Assembly: GCF_009914755.1 (NCBI RefSeq)
Contig: NC_060925.1
Length of the DNA: 64,000 nt
Direction: 5' to 3' (one strand)
DNA from: the human T2T-CHM13v2.0 reference genome, Homo sapiens
Shown here: positions 33,079 to 64,000 of the stretch, piece by piece
How the letters are laid out: every line of letters begins with the position of its first letter
Position numbering within the stretch: position 1 is the stretch's first letter
Notes under the pieces: generated by a model
Databases searched by the model: none
Seen by the model: only the letters and a program-made list of their open reading frames with translations
What the model was told of the DNA's origin: nothing
Program-made: the position numbers and the translations under genes

Positions 33079-35797
33079 TCAAGGTAACTGTTTTCTAGAT
33101 ATCAAATTTTCTTAAATGCTTATTATGACTTTAATCAATTTTTAGAACTGAGACTTCTGTGAAATCCAGCCAAACAAATTCAATTTTGTTCCATTCTAAC
33201 TTCAGAGTTTTTGTACTGGTCATAGCTCCTTTTTCTCCACCTTCATCCCTCCACCCCTACCCTTCATAGTGTAATGAAATAAAACTGACCACCAAACGCT
33301 TCTGGTCTGTTAGACATGCTTAGTATAACCTTTAATATTTGCCCAAGCACTTTGACCTCTGTAGATCTATTCAGATTTGAGAACACTCATTTGATCTGTG
33401 GAGTCCTTGCTGGTGAGTGCAGTGTAAAGGCAAAATTTTCTATTACCTAATAGTTAAAATTTTGCATCCGGCATGGATTTTGAAGCTGTTTGCTTTTACG
33501 TTCACCTATTCTGGGGATAATCTAATAACAGCACTATTTAGGAAATTATAAAAACAATGTTTGACAGATAATTATCATTGGCTAATTTCATTTGCTGTCC
33601 TTTGTGAGAGGCTGCATTGTGGAATTATTTTCCTATCATAAGCAATTTTATCAACTCTAGTAAAGGCCCACATCTTCCGGAATAAGCCCCTTTATCCAGA
33701 TTTTATACAAATGTAATCTTTATATACCAGAGAATAGCAATAGACTGTGAAAATGACTCTGAGTTTCATGGAGAAGCTAGTGAGCACTATAAGGATATAT
33801 TTCTAGCTAGAAACTAATAGCATACAACCTTGAAAAAAAAAAGGCGAGAGAGGGTACATCCAAGAGAGAAAAATTAGAATGAAGAGAAATGTATTGCATG
33901 ATAAAGAATGTCACACTAGAAAGGAAAGACAGAATTTTAACATCACCTTTTGCTAGCCCATGGTTACTCTGTTGTTAGTTTATCCCCATCTTGAGTGCTT
34001 GTGATTCTAATGTCCTTTTTCAAACTTCTAAGTGGCCTGAGTTGTCCACTGAAACTGTACAAAACTATTATTTACAAGCTTTTGGGGGTGGGAACCAGAG
34101 GATGTTTCTCCTTTCGGTAATTTTTGTTCTTCTGTCTTCATTTGTTTCCTTTTTTGGCTGAAGAATGGGCTCCTACTGCTTGACTTGTCATCTTTATGTG
34201 CTGTTTACACATGGCTTTTGCAAAAGAAGCCATTACCACATCTGATTTATCTTTTATTGCAAGTGCCCATTTAAAAGCATTTGTTTTAACTTAAAAAAAA
34301 TTGTTTTAATCATCAGGCTAATGTGCCTACTGATTATTATACAACCTAGGGAAATGCTGATATAATTTTTCAAAATAGGAAATTACAAATATTAATATTA
34401 ATGTATAAAGACATATGTTTTGCTCTTAAGAGGTTTTCCCCTAGGCACTTAAAGCCATTCTTTGCTGAGACTTAATCTTGTCATGTTTTGTTAAAGAGAA
34501 GAATATAGAAGCAAAGCACTCGCAATTAACTGATCTTATCAGGATTAAATTCTACATTTTTTAGTTTGCATGTTGTAGACCATCTGGGGGTATTACTTAA
34601 ATACATTGTTGATAATTTAAGTGACTATGATATTTATTGTTTACTTTAGTTAAGAACCAGGAGCTGGACTCTTCTGCTGGGTATCTTCCTTCTGTGCTTA
34701 GCAAGATAACCTCGATTCCTGCTGGTTCTGTGGTCATTTGCACTGCAAAGCATTTCTTACTGGGTTTGCAAAGCAAGGGTAATGTGCTCTGTGGGTGTAT
34801 GTGTGTCTGTGCACCCTCATCCCCTATTCCCACTGCCATCTCTGTTCACTTCCTTTTACTTATCAAAACTTCTTTTTCTCAATCTATGTCAATCTTATTA
34901 AAAAGTTTAATGAATCACTTTTCCCAGACGTATAGAAACACTAATAAAAGTTTTATGTGTTAAATTTTCCTCACATATTTGCATTTCAGCAAGCCACAAA
35001 GTCATTGCACAGATGATGGTGACTGATTACAGCATTGGTTATATCATTAAGCAGTACTTACAAGGCCAGCCTTAAATCTCATTTTACTTGACAGAATGCA
35101 AAATAAAATGAAGATAATGTGGAAAACAATGGTATAGCTTAACGGATGTAGTGGATTGGGGATTACAATTGTGTAAAGTGACTGCAGAGGTATATGCTAA
35201 ATCTCAGACTCTCATTTTGAGGAAAATTTAGTAATTTCAAGGAGCAAATGTGTGGGTAATAGCAATATAGAAAGATAAGCTTTGAGGCTAGAAACAGTAA
35301 TAAATCTCTGACATTTTAAAATAGTTGTAAATTGTGTGACTAATCAGAAATATTCTATTTTCTTTCTTAACAGACAGTATGTATCCCAAAACTATCCATT
35401 ATAAATGGTATTCTTCCTGAGGATCTTGGTTCGGGAATATTTATGAAATAGCCTCATAGTATACCCATTTTAATTCTCCTGTCACAATTTCTTTCTTCAA
35501 AGTTGTGATGTTCTCTAAAATATAATGAGGACCTGTTTGAGAACTTGCTAACAAAAGCTGAAAGGAAGCCCAATTTTAGTTAAATCCATAGGCTTGGCCC
35601 ACTTCAGGAGTTCAAGAAACACCATGTAGGGACTTCCTGTCTTTATTGCTTTGGTTCACGTTACTTTGCAAAAAGTAATATTTTAAGAAATATAAATCAT
35701 TCTGGATATGAATTGTGATGTGATAGAATCAATCTATAGTGTATATCACTAACCTAAAGTTATTGTTTAGATCAGTTTTGGAAATACTTTGATCTTC

Positions 35798-39002
<3,205 letters not shown>

Positions 39003-39484
39003 AGCATCTTTTTTCTTACAGATTCCCCATCAGTTCAGGTAAGCGACATCTAGATTAACACCTTTGAATCACATTAAGTCTCAGCTTTGCCTTTTTGTCA
39101 CTGAGGATGGTTCAGACACAGCCATATATTCATCTTCTACTTGAGAAGATCCCTTTAAAGTTTTCAGGCTAATTTGGTATGTGCAGTTGCAGTCTTATAT
39201 AATCCAATGGCCCTTGATGATGGTCACAGCCAAAGGCAACAACACTGTCAGAATTCTTTACTGATATTAAATGCCAAATTCTGGGTGTCTTGTGTCATGG
39301 AGACTTTATATTTTCTTCTGGCCAGTCTTGTCTTCTGGCTTCTCAGCCTTCTTATATGTAAAAATCTAGTGTCAGCCACTCAGAACAGACTCTGTTAAGA
39401 GGAGTTTGGGCGCTGTTTGTATGTCTCAAAGTTAAAGTCGGGTTTGCTGTGTGTTATTTTGAGCATAATAGGACATGTCCTGAA

Positions 39485-39610
39485 GCTGGGCACACTGGCA
39501 TGTGCCTGTAGTCCTAGCTAATCGGGAGCCTCAGATGGGAAGATCCCTTGGGCCCAGGGATTTGAATCCTGCCTGAGCATCATAGTGAGAGCCTATGTCT
39601 AAAAAATAAA
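39485..39610 (+). mobile_element. Alu monomer (FLAM-like)
   Basis: Degenerate left monomer; TSD ATAGGACATGT. Confidence 0.7.
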
Positions 39611-39669
39611 TATATACATAAGTAAAATAAATAGGACATGTGCTTTGGTCCTACTTGAAATACCTTCTG

Positions 39670-39860
39670 GTGTCATGGGAAGAAGATGGGCTTTAGAACC
39701 AGAGATAGATCTGAGTCTAAACACTAGCTGCTCATCTGTTCATCTATAAAATAGAAATAATGACTACTTCATAATTATACTGTAAATAATTAAATGAAAA
39801 AACATGCTCAAGTGATTAGCACAGCACCTGGCACATGGTAAACATACAAAAATATTAGTT
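39670..39860 (+). mobile_element. MIR
   Basis: TGGGCTTTAGA.., CATCTATAAAAT, AGCACAGCACCTGGCACATGGTAA. Confidence 0.65.
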
Positions 39861-40029
39861 TTCTCTTATTTTACTGATGGAGGAGATAAAATGCTGGACT
39901 AGACTATGAGTCTGGTCAAATGAGCCACTGTTTATTTCTTCCTAAACATGCTTTTCTAAACATTTTAGTTACAGAATAGCACAGGACAAAGAAGAAGTTC
40001 TCAAGTGACCTGGATTTACCTAACATACC

Positions 40030-41600
<1,571 letters not shown>

Positions 41601-42660
41601 TGGTAATCCAACCCAACTGTTATGTTTTTCTTTTATTTCTGAAGACTAGTACATGTTAGGTGCTCAGTAAATATTTGTTGAGTTGAAATTACTGTGGCTA
41701 GGGCTTTTATCATTGTTGTCTTCTACACATGCTTTGGAAAAAAAGAGATTGTTCTGTCTAATTTAACTCAGCAGTAGGCAAGTTTGGGTCAGGTGGTGCT
41801 GGCCTAAGTAATGTTTAGTTCACAAATAGCTTCTTGATGACAGACTACTACTTATCACTTGAACAAACTGGCACAAAATTGGCTCTTACTTGATTATCTT
41901 AGGTATTTGTCTGATTATTAATCAGCCTTCTCAGTTGTGACAAATTATTTGAAGAAGCCCAAAGTTCCTCTCCATGTGAATGGGTTTAGATAGCTATTCA
42001 CAATGCTAGGACTAGCATGTAGCAATTTCAGAAAGCCTATTTGTTTAATACCAGCTGATCTATTTTTGGACAGCTCTATAGCCACTTGCCTGACTCAAAA
42101 GAAACAGTGAGATAAGTGCCCTGGAAAGTAGCATAGCATCTTAACAATATGACAAATTCATTCTAGTGTCCCCCAGACCCTAGGACATTATAGGTGCTCT
42201 GCTCATTGGTTGGTTGAATTAAATAAGTATAGTACTTTAGAATTTACAATATGGTTTCATATACAGTATATTATTGTATTTTATCTTCAGAACCCTATAA
42301 GTCAAACCAAGTATTATTTTCATGTTAAATATGAGGAAATTCATACATTCTTGTCAAGAATAATTGCTGTATCTCAGATACATTTGCAGACAGAGACAGC
42401 CTTGTTGTCAGTCTTTCAGTTCCATCTTTCATATCCTAAGTCATATTTGTTATCAGCCAATGAAAGATCTACCTAATATGAATTCAACTAGTGCCAGTTT
42501 GAGACGCTTTTGAGTTGCATGTTTCAAAATGGCTTGGGAGTGAAGCTGGCCTGAAGTTCCTGTGTTCAGTGTGTCTTTCCTTGCCTTTATGGAGCCCTGG
42601 TTAATATTCATCACAATGGAGGCTGGTTTACAAGTTAAGGAGCAGCAGTGATTTTCCTAA

Positions 42661-43046
<386 letters not shown>

Positions 43047-43199
43047 CAGGAACACCTTCTTCCTTTCTTTATTGTTTCTCTGTGGTTTGTAATATGGTCA
43101 AAGGCTCTTACCAAGATTTCATGCCTAAGTGGCTTATATACAGCTCTCTGGTGAGCACATGCAGATGTCACTTGCCATAACATTTGGCTTTCGTTAGGT

Positions 43200-45325
<2,126 letters not shown>

Positions 45326-45467
45326 GGTTATTTATTTTTCAAATGACTAATTCATTTCCTACTAGTGTGAATTCCTTCTTCTTCCACCTAGAGCACCTTT
45401 CTTTTAACTTTAGGAATAGGTCCATCTACTGGGATGGTATCTTCTCTTCCACATTCTCTTCCATGTG

Positions 45468-45802
45468 CAGTGGTCCCTCATCCTCTGTGGGGCCTTGGTT
45501 CCAAGACCTCCCCTGGATACCAAAATCCACAAATGCTCAAGTCTTGGATTTAAAATGACATGGTATTTACATATAACCTATGCATATTCTCCTGAATACT
45601 TTAAATCATCTCTAGATTACTCATAATACCTAATAAAATATAAATGCTATGTAAATAGTTGTTATACTATATTCTTTAGGGAACAATGACAAGAAAAAAG
45701 TCTGTACATGTTCAGCATAGATGCAATTTTTTTTCCAGATACTTTTGATCCATGGTTGGTTGAATCCATGGATGCAGAACCCACAGATACAGAGTGGTGA
45801 CT
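45468..45802. mobile_element. MER2 (TcMar-Tigger)
   Basis: GGATACCAAAATCCAC..TGCTCAAGTC, TACTTTAAATCATCTCTAGATTAC, GGTTGGTTGAATCCATGGATGCAGAACCC. Confidence 0.82.
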
Positions 45803-46164
45803 CTACTTGCTTTAGAACTGTTTTTCCTGTGGAGTGAGGTATTTGGCCCAGGAGGGAACTCTTGTGTTTCCGGAATTTATTTCTCTTGGAGGTTGGAGGT
45901 GTTGTGTCATTCATCTGTGAAGAAATACATCTCAGCTGCTGGGTCATTTTAATTGTTTACAAAGAAACATTTCACCATTTTTGATATCATGTTTGATGCC
46001 ATGACAGTGATTGAAGTAAGCCTGTGCTAGATGTACTCAACTTCTGTCTCCCTGACAACTAGTCTAGATTTTAGCTTCTCCATGCAGGGCTAGTGTGAGG
46101 ATACATACAGTTTGGAAATATGAAACATTTTTCAACCTGATTAGGTTCCTCAAGAATATGTTTT

Positions 46165-46440
46165 ACCTGTAATCCCAGCACTGTGGGAGGCCGTGGTGGG
46201 AGGATTATGAGAGGCCAGGAGTTTGAGATCAACCTGGACTACATAGTGAGACCCTGTTTCTCCAAAACATGTAAAACTTAGCCAGGTTTTGGTGGAGCAT
46301 ACCTGTAGTTCTAGCTACTCTGGAGGCTGAGGCAGGAGGATCCCTTAAACCCAGGAATTCAAGGCTGCAGTGAGCTATGGTCAGGCCACTGCACTCCAGC
46401 CTGGGTGACAGAGTGAGACCCTGTCTCAAAAAAAAAAAAA
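46165..46440 (+). mobile_element. AluJ, 5'-truncated
   Basis: J-type Alu with A tail. Confidence 0.85.
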
Positions 46441-46810
46441 GAATATATTTTGATTGATGCACAAATTGCATTGTGTCCTGTGCATAGTAATAACTTAGGC
46501 ATTTAGGAATGACAAAGTAACTCCTTTAAGTAACACAAGGAAGACCATAGGAATATAAATTGCTGGATAATTGTTTTTCAGATTAACAATGATATAGAAA
46601 TAGGACCAAACTTAGGTTGGAACTGCTTAAGCTGCTGATAATGTGTAGTGAACAGCAGCTCTTCCTTTTGACCATGTTATCAGCTAAGATTCTTAGTTTA
46701 TATTAGTAGCAATATTTTTGAGGCTTCCAAAAATCATTGTTGATTCTCAGAGTTCATTCTCCCACTTATACCTAATCTTCTTGCTTTTGTATCTGTTCAT
46801 TCATTTGTAG

Positions 46811-47260
46811 AGTATAAATGGCATTCGCACAGAGGAGGTGGCTGTCGTGACAAAGGGGCCATCTACTAACCCTGACTCTGAATGGGAGGGTCCCAAGCAT
46901 TCGGTAGTTCCTAGTAAAAGCCAGATGACCACCTCGTCGGAGTCTCTGCAAAGCTTTGCCTTTGGCTCCCTCTCCATAAGCAGCAAGGAGACAGAAGAGA
47001 AGGAGGAGGGGGCAGCTGGCTATCTTGATATTAAGGAGATGCCAAGAGGCCCAACTGGGGGATGTATAGGAGTGGAGGAACAGGCCAGTGCCTTAAAGTT
47101 CTCAGTAACACCAGCTTCCTGTCAGCTGCAACCTGGTGTAAAAAAGGCAGAGAGTAGTGAAGAACATGTTACACCAGGAGAGCCACCTGGAAAACAAAAT
47201 GGATCATTTCTTGACTTTCATGTGGGTAACCAGTTCCCCACCCTCATTCGAAGTTTCCAG
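46811..47260 (+). CDS. EPB41: EPB41 alternative exon 17B (450 nt, epithelial-type): SINGIRTEEVAVVTKGP...PTLIRSFQ
   Basis: TAG acceptor 46808-46810, CAG|GTAGTA donor; 450 nt open in phase 0 (overlaps ORF 46838..47290). Confidence 0.92.
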
Positions 47261-48462
47261 GTAGTAATTTATTCAATGATGCAGGTCTAATGACTGTCTT
47301 TGGAAGAGGGCCAGAATCTGTCCTGTGGAGGAGGTGGTGGTGGTATGGTGAGGGTAGTGGCCTCCCTGCTGTTTTCAAAATCACAGACTAAAAGCCTTTG
47401 ATTGTGCCAAAGAAATTCATTCAGAGCAATTAACTGCATGGCTAGAAATGCTTTCTTCTCTGATAACTTAACAAAACTCCAGCTGTCAGTATGAAGCTGG
47501 TTAAGTGTGTTCATCTTTTCCTTGCTCAAGTGTGGGCTATGGAAAGAGGTGAATTGCGGTGACTTCTGTGGTGAGGAGGCTTCAGTGTTCTGAGACCATG
47601 CTTAAAAAATTCAAATACTCTTAATTAAAGGGGCAACTCATCTTCTTATGAGATTTCAGGCCCCAAATAATTTATGTACTGCAGCCACATTGTGCAGCCC
47701 ACCACTCCCACTGACCCCACCCACAAGAGCATTCAGGATCATAGGCACTGATTTCCTATGCTAAGGTGGTTGGCCACTTAACCTTATTACAATCAAATGG
47801 TAGTTTCAGTGTGATTTATACTCCTGGGGAAGGTGAGCAGATGGACAAGAAGGCCTTTGGTATTCCACTAATGTTCATTCTTCTGAAATTCTGGGATTAA
47901 TCACCAGGTGGTGGTAGAACTGATTGTTTTTTTCTTTCCAGTTTTCCAAATACTGTCTCTTCTCAATAACTCCAAAGTGAATCTCTGACATTGATTTGAA
48001 AGAAGTTAATGAATTCGAGGGTAATGCATTCCATTGCCACTGCTGTTTCATGTACCATTCGTACTTAGTGGAGGAAATGTGGCTGATTTTCTTAATTATA
48101 ATGGTACAGACACAAGGACAAATCAAAGTGATTGCTATTTGGCAAATCGTTTTATATTCAAATTCTGAAGGTCAGTCTGAAGTGTTTTATATCACCAATC
48201 ATAACTGTCTGCTCTTACAGCTTTCCATTAAGCTTATGAAAGTGATTACAGTAATGCTGCTTTTTAATATCCCTCATGATTTGACACCTTGTCAGGGTTA
48301 CTTTGGAATACTGTCGAAGTCTTAGGCAGGGTAAACACCTTTGTAGATTGAGCTAGCTCTGTACTTAATTAAAGCTAACACTTTGATCAGATCAGTGTCA
48401 GAAGATTACTTCTCCATTGCCTTCAGAAATACTCTAGTAACTCTTTCCTTACTGCTTCACAG

Positions 48463-48591
48463 CCTCCCCTGGTGAAGACACAAACTGTCACCATCTCAGA
48501 TAATGCCAATGCTGTGAAAAGTGAAATCCCAACCAAAGACGTCCCTATTGTCCACACTGAGACCAAGACCATCACTTATGAGGCTGCCCAG
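48463..48591 (+). CDS. EPB41: EPB41 exon 18 (129 nt): PPLVKTQTVTIS...TITYEAAQ
   Basis: CAG acceptor, CAG|GTAGGA donor; CTD motif VHTETKTITYE. Confidence 0.97.
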
Positions 48592-48836
48592 GTAGGACAT
48601 GTTTTGATGCTTCAGAACCAAAGGCTGCAAACAAAATTAATAACCTTTCTTCACAGAGTTTCTAGTCATTTATCGCCAAGAATACCAGGTTTTTCTGGGG
48701 CAGTTCTTTTTAGAAGAGATTACTGGTCTAAGAAGGTCCCAGACTACTTTATCTAAAGCAAAAAATTGAGCAGAGCACACTGGTGTATGCCTGTAGTCCC
48801 AGCTACTCAGGAGGCTGATGTGGGAGGATCTCTTGA

Positions 48837-49150
<314 letters not shown>

Positions 49151-49214
49151 TAAATTTTTTTTAAAGCAAAATTGTCTTAGATCTGATTGCTTATATCCAC
49201 CCAATTCATTTGCA

Positions 49215-49389
49215 TAAGGCAGTCTGGTGTAATGGTTGAGAACATGGGCTTTGGGTCTGAAAAAACCTGAGTTCAAGTCCTGGCTCCTCCACTTACTGAC
49301 TTGGACAAGTAATTGAATATCTCTGAGCCTTGATCTCCTCTGCCCATGACGTTAATATCTACTTCATGGTGTTATGAGGATTTAAGTGT
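49215..49389 (+). mobile_element. MIR
   Basis: GTGTAATGGTTGAGAACATGGGCTTTGG..CCTGAGTTCAAGTCCTGGCTC. Confidence 0.75.
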
Positions 49390-50235
<846 letters not shown>

Positions 50236-50409
50236 GATGTGCCACTATGCCCTGCTAAAAATTTTTTTACTTCCCACTTTCAGTAAAATGTCTCTCACTT
50301 TTGGTAGTTTCAATGGACTAGAATTGATTTATGTTGAATTGTTTTTCTTTTGTTATTCACAGAAGCCAAAAGTAAGAAAAACAGTTCCCTCTATAAACTG
50401 AGCTGTTAT

Positions 50410-50730
50410 TTCATTCCTGCAACAAATATTTATTGAGTGTTCACAATATTAAGCCAAAGCAATGTACAAGGTATACATAGTCCCTACCCTCTGGAACTTA
50501 CATTCTAGTTAGGAGAAACAGGCAATAAAGCACATAAACAATGTATAAGTAAATTTCAGACAGTGGTAAATGCTATAAGGAAACTAAAATGGGGTAAAGA
50601 GTTAGACAATATGGGATTACATGAAAGATTGCTGCTTTGAGACTAGGATAATCAGGGAATTCCTCTCTGAGGAGGTGACATTTTGGCTGAGGTCTGAATG
50701 ATGGGAAAGAGATAGCCATGTGAAGTTCTG
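50410..50730 (-). mobile_element. L2 relic
   Basis: CAACAAATATTTATTGAGTG 3'-end signature; CTCTGAGGAGGTGACATTT. Confidence 0.7.
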
Positions 50731-50829
50731 GCTAGGTGCTTTCACATAAATCTTTTCACTTAATCCTCACCTCACCATGAACTGGATGATGTTATCTCCA
50801 TTTAGGAAACAGTGTGGCTTGGTAATTTA

Positions 50830-52749
<1,920 letters not shown>

Positions 52750-53234
52750 TTAAAAATTGTACACGCTATTAGCCAGAGGATATAGGAAATAATTACTTCA
52801 TATGGCAGAATCCCTTTAAGTTGTCACTACCATGGAAACAAGCTAAATGTCCATCAGTGGAGAGCTGGTTAAATACATTATGGTACATCCAATTAAGGTA
52901 ATTCTGTGTGGCCTTTAATAAAAGCTTCTGATGGGAACAAGCTACATGATAAATTGGTAAGTGAACAAGCATGGTGCACTATGGTGGTACTGTTTATGGA
53001 GGGGAGAAGGGATGTATATTGCAGCTATGTGTGTTTAGGTTTGTATATCAATACACTCTCTCTGAATGGGTACTAAAAAACAAAACAAAAAACCAACAAC
53101 CAAAACGTATAGTGGCCCCTGATGAAGGAGACTGAGACTGCAGGACTCGGGTCAGGAGTGGGAGGGAAACTGACTTTTCACTGTAAAACATTTTGAAGTA
53201 TTAAAATTTTTATAGCATAGACATAGCCAAAAAA

Positions 53235-53862
<628 letters not shown>

Positions 53863-54019
53863 CGCCCCCAAAATTTAAATGGTTCAAAATAAATTGTTTT
53901 AAAAGTTAGAGCCACACTGACCACAGAAGTCCCTGTGGTGTGGGTGTAGGTAGCTCCTACAAAAAAAGGAAATGGAAGCAGTCATTTTAAAATATCCTGA
54001 CATATTAGAGAAATATAAA

Positions 54020-54900
<881 letters not shown>

Positions 54901-55054
54901 TATTTATTTACTATTTCTACTTTTGCTTTTATTATCTTGCTGGATAAGTAAGCCGGAGCACCATTTTTTTATTTATTCACAGTCTCTGTGCTTTGGAAAA
55001 CATGGTCAGAGGGGATAGTTTTTACGTGTAGTTTTTTATGTGTGTATATGGGTG

Positions 55055-56775
<1,721 letters not shown>

Positions 56776-57094
56776 CAAATGACCAGTATGAGGAAACATT
56801 GGTAAGAGGATCAAGGAAAACAGGCCCTGTATGGGAACAGGGTAAGTAGGAAAACATAACAGTGTCTCCTGCATCTTTAGCATTCTTCAGAGACAGAAAA
56901 GAGACTAGAGGGAGCGGGCAGGAGGTAGATAAAGATAGAGTCACAGGTTTATAGAGGAGTTCTTCAAAAAGCTTTAGCCCTTCTGGCATGCAAATTCATG
57001 TTATAACAATTTATAAGCTAATTTTATTTGTATAATTTCTTTGTATGCTCACAACAGTGCTACGGTGTAGGCAGAACACATATTCCCATATTGC

Positions 57095-59870
<2,776 letters not shown>

Positions 59871-59990
59871 TCATTCTAAGGGAATGAGATTTTTGCATCA
59901 GAATGTGCAGCTGAAGAGCAAAGCTGCAGCCTGCAACATTTGCCCAGTCTTCCTGAGAGGCATGATGATGAGCCATGCTTTCTTCTGCAG

Positions 59991-60092
59991 ACTGACGACA
60001 ACAGTGGAGACTTGGACCCAGGAGTCTTGCTGACAGCTCAAACTATCACATCTGAGACCCCAAGCAGCACCACCACAACTCAAATTACCAAG
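59991..60092 (+). CDS. EPB41: EPB41 exon 19 (102 nt): TDDNSGDLDPGVLLTAQTITSETPSSTTTTQITK
   Basis: CAG acceptor, AAG|GTAACA donor; CTD sequence. Confidence 0.97.
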
Positions 60093-60402
60093 GTAACAGA
60101 CCAGCTAGAACCTCTTTATGGAACCCAGGGGCAGGCTAAGCTTGCTGCCACCTCTCTGCAAGAAGGACCCTAGTCCATAAGCAAATATTTTCAGCTCCAT
60201 CCCTAGTAAGCCACATTATTCAAAGAGTCCTGGATGGAAAGGCCCTGCTGCCTTCCCCAGCAATAAATCTAGGGAGATACCCTGAGAGTATCCCTGCCTA
60301 CTTAGTAGTCTCCTAAAGGTAGGTGTGGTTGTTCTCTTTACACATCTGTCTCTCTGGTCAGTGAGTCCCCTGTCTGGCTGTGGAAGTAAGTTTAAAAAGT
60401 CA

Positions 60403-62955
<2,553 letters not shown>

Positions 62956-63022
62956 TCTTTTTCTTTTTTTTTAATTCTTGTTATATCGCTGATCTCATAT
63001 GACATCTTCTCTTTGGTTCCAG

Positions 63023-63103
63023 ACTGTAAAAGGTGGGATTTCAGAGACACGTATTGAAAAGAGAATTGTGATCACAGGAGATGCTGATATTGACCATGAT
63101 CAG
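63023..63103 (+). CDS. EPB41: EPB41 exon 20 (81 nt): [27 protein letters not shown]
   Basis: CAG acceptor, CAG|GTGGGA donor; conserved 4.1 CTD. Confidence 0.97.
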
Positions 63104-64000
63104 GTGGGAATGTTGAAGAGATCTGGGCCTGGGAGGGGTCCCTGGGCAGGAAGACCGATGAATACAGGAGTTTGTTTGCCATCTTCATCTGCAAAAAGCC
63201 TCTTTGGCCACTCTAGCTCTTAATTGAGAAGAAAGACAAAGACAATCAAAGTAAGAGGCCTGTGGGATGGAGGCCACAGATTGAGGAGCCAGGAAATGTA
63301 ATGGAAAGAACATGAGCTTTGGATTCCAAGACTTGATTCAATTGCTGGTTCTTAATATATTCTAGCTGTTAACTCTCTGGGCCTCCATTTTGCATCTGTA
63401 AGATGAAGATGATAGTATCTCCCTCTCAGGGTTGTTGTGAGAATCAGGTGAAATACTGGATGAACAGCTGGTGGCACATGGTGAGCTCAGTTAAATGGAG
63501 CTATTGTTATTCCGAAGGTAAAGGTACCTGAACCCATGCTAGACAACATCAAAACAAAGGGAAGCATGCCCCTACCCTTAGAGAGCTGTAACAGCCGAGA
63601 AGACACGAGCGGGAGCATAGTATGGTGGACAAGACACCAGCAGACTCGAAACTTGTTTTCTGCCCTACATCTCTAACTTGCTGTGTGACCTTGGGCAAAT
63701 CACTTTTCCGCTGATTTTTTTCTCCTTTCCTAAAAGAGAGTGGGTTGATCTAGATAATTTCTGGGCCTGAGTGCTAAAATTCTATATTTTTATGTTAATT
63801 GGGTGCTAATTGTGTGCTGCAAGCAATTAGCAAATAATAAGGTCAGGATTAATGTTCCCAGTTCTCTGCTGGGTGAGGTTAGAACAGTAAAGCTGCAGAG
63901 AAGAGGGGGTGGAAGAGATTGCATGCAAATGCTTCTGGAATCGTTGACTGGGTTGCTGGAGCAATAATTCTGTGGCCTTTTTATGCTGATATGCTGAGTG

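Noticed and set aside
34597-34963. Overlapping 108-aa (+) and 80-aa (-) ORFs in unique DNA
   Set aside because: No recognisable domain, start context or splice boundaries; compatible with chance
59962-60056. ATGATGA box C-like motif with downstream CTGA
   Set aside because: The box D candidates lie in coding exon 19 and there is no terminal stem; not a snoRNA

Overview
Human-type (primate, Alu-rich) genomic DNA covering the 3' half of EPB41 (protein 4.1R) on the + strand. I recognise coding exons 13, 14, 15, 16, 17, 17A, 17B, 18, 19 and 20 from their translations and GT-AG boundaries. They encode the end of the U2 region, the spectrin-actin-binding (SAB) domain, the tissue-specific 17A/17B inserts and most of the C-terminal domain (CTD). 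The last coding exon lies beyond the window. Exons 14-20 are all phase-0 and multiples of 3. The introns are dense in Alus, with L1, L2, MIR, MER2, MER20 and MER58 relics, and almost all ORFs in the ORF track are Alu artefacts. The most notable observation is a phase-0 ORF at 21019-21270, missed by the ORF track, in the intron after exon 17A. It opens at a good 3' splice site, contains an internal peptide repeat that diverged mostly by synonymous changes, and ends in a 21-aa uncharged hydrophobic segment followed directly by a stop. This suggests an alternative last exon producing a tail-anchored, membrane-integral 4.1R. Other candidates include alternative C-termini, micro and poison exons, splicing-factor modules, erythroid enhancer motifs and a templated insertion. 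Repeat boundaries are approximate (about +/-10 nt) and subfamily calls were made by eye.
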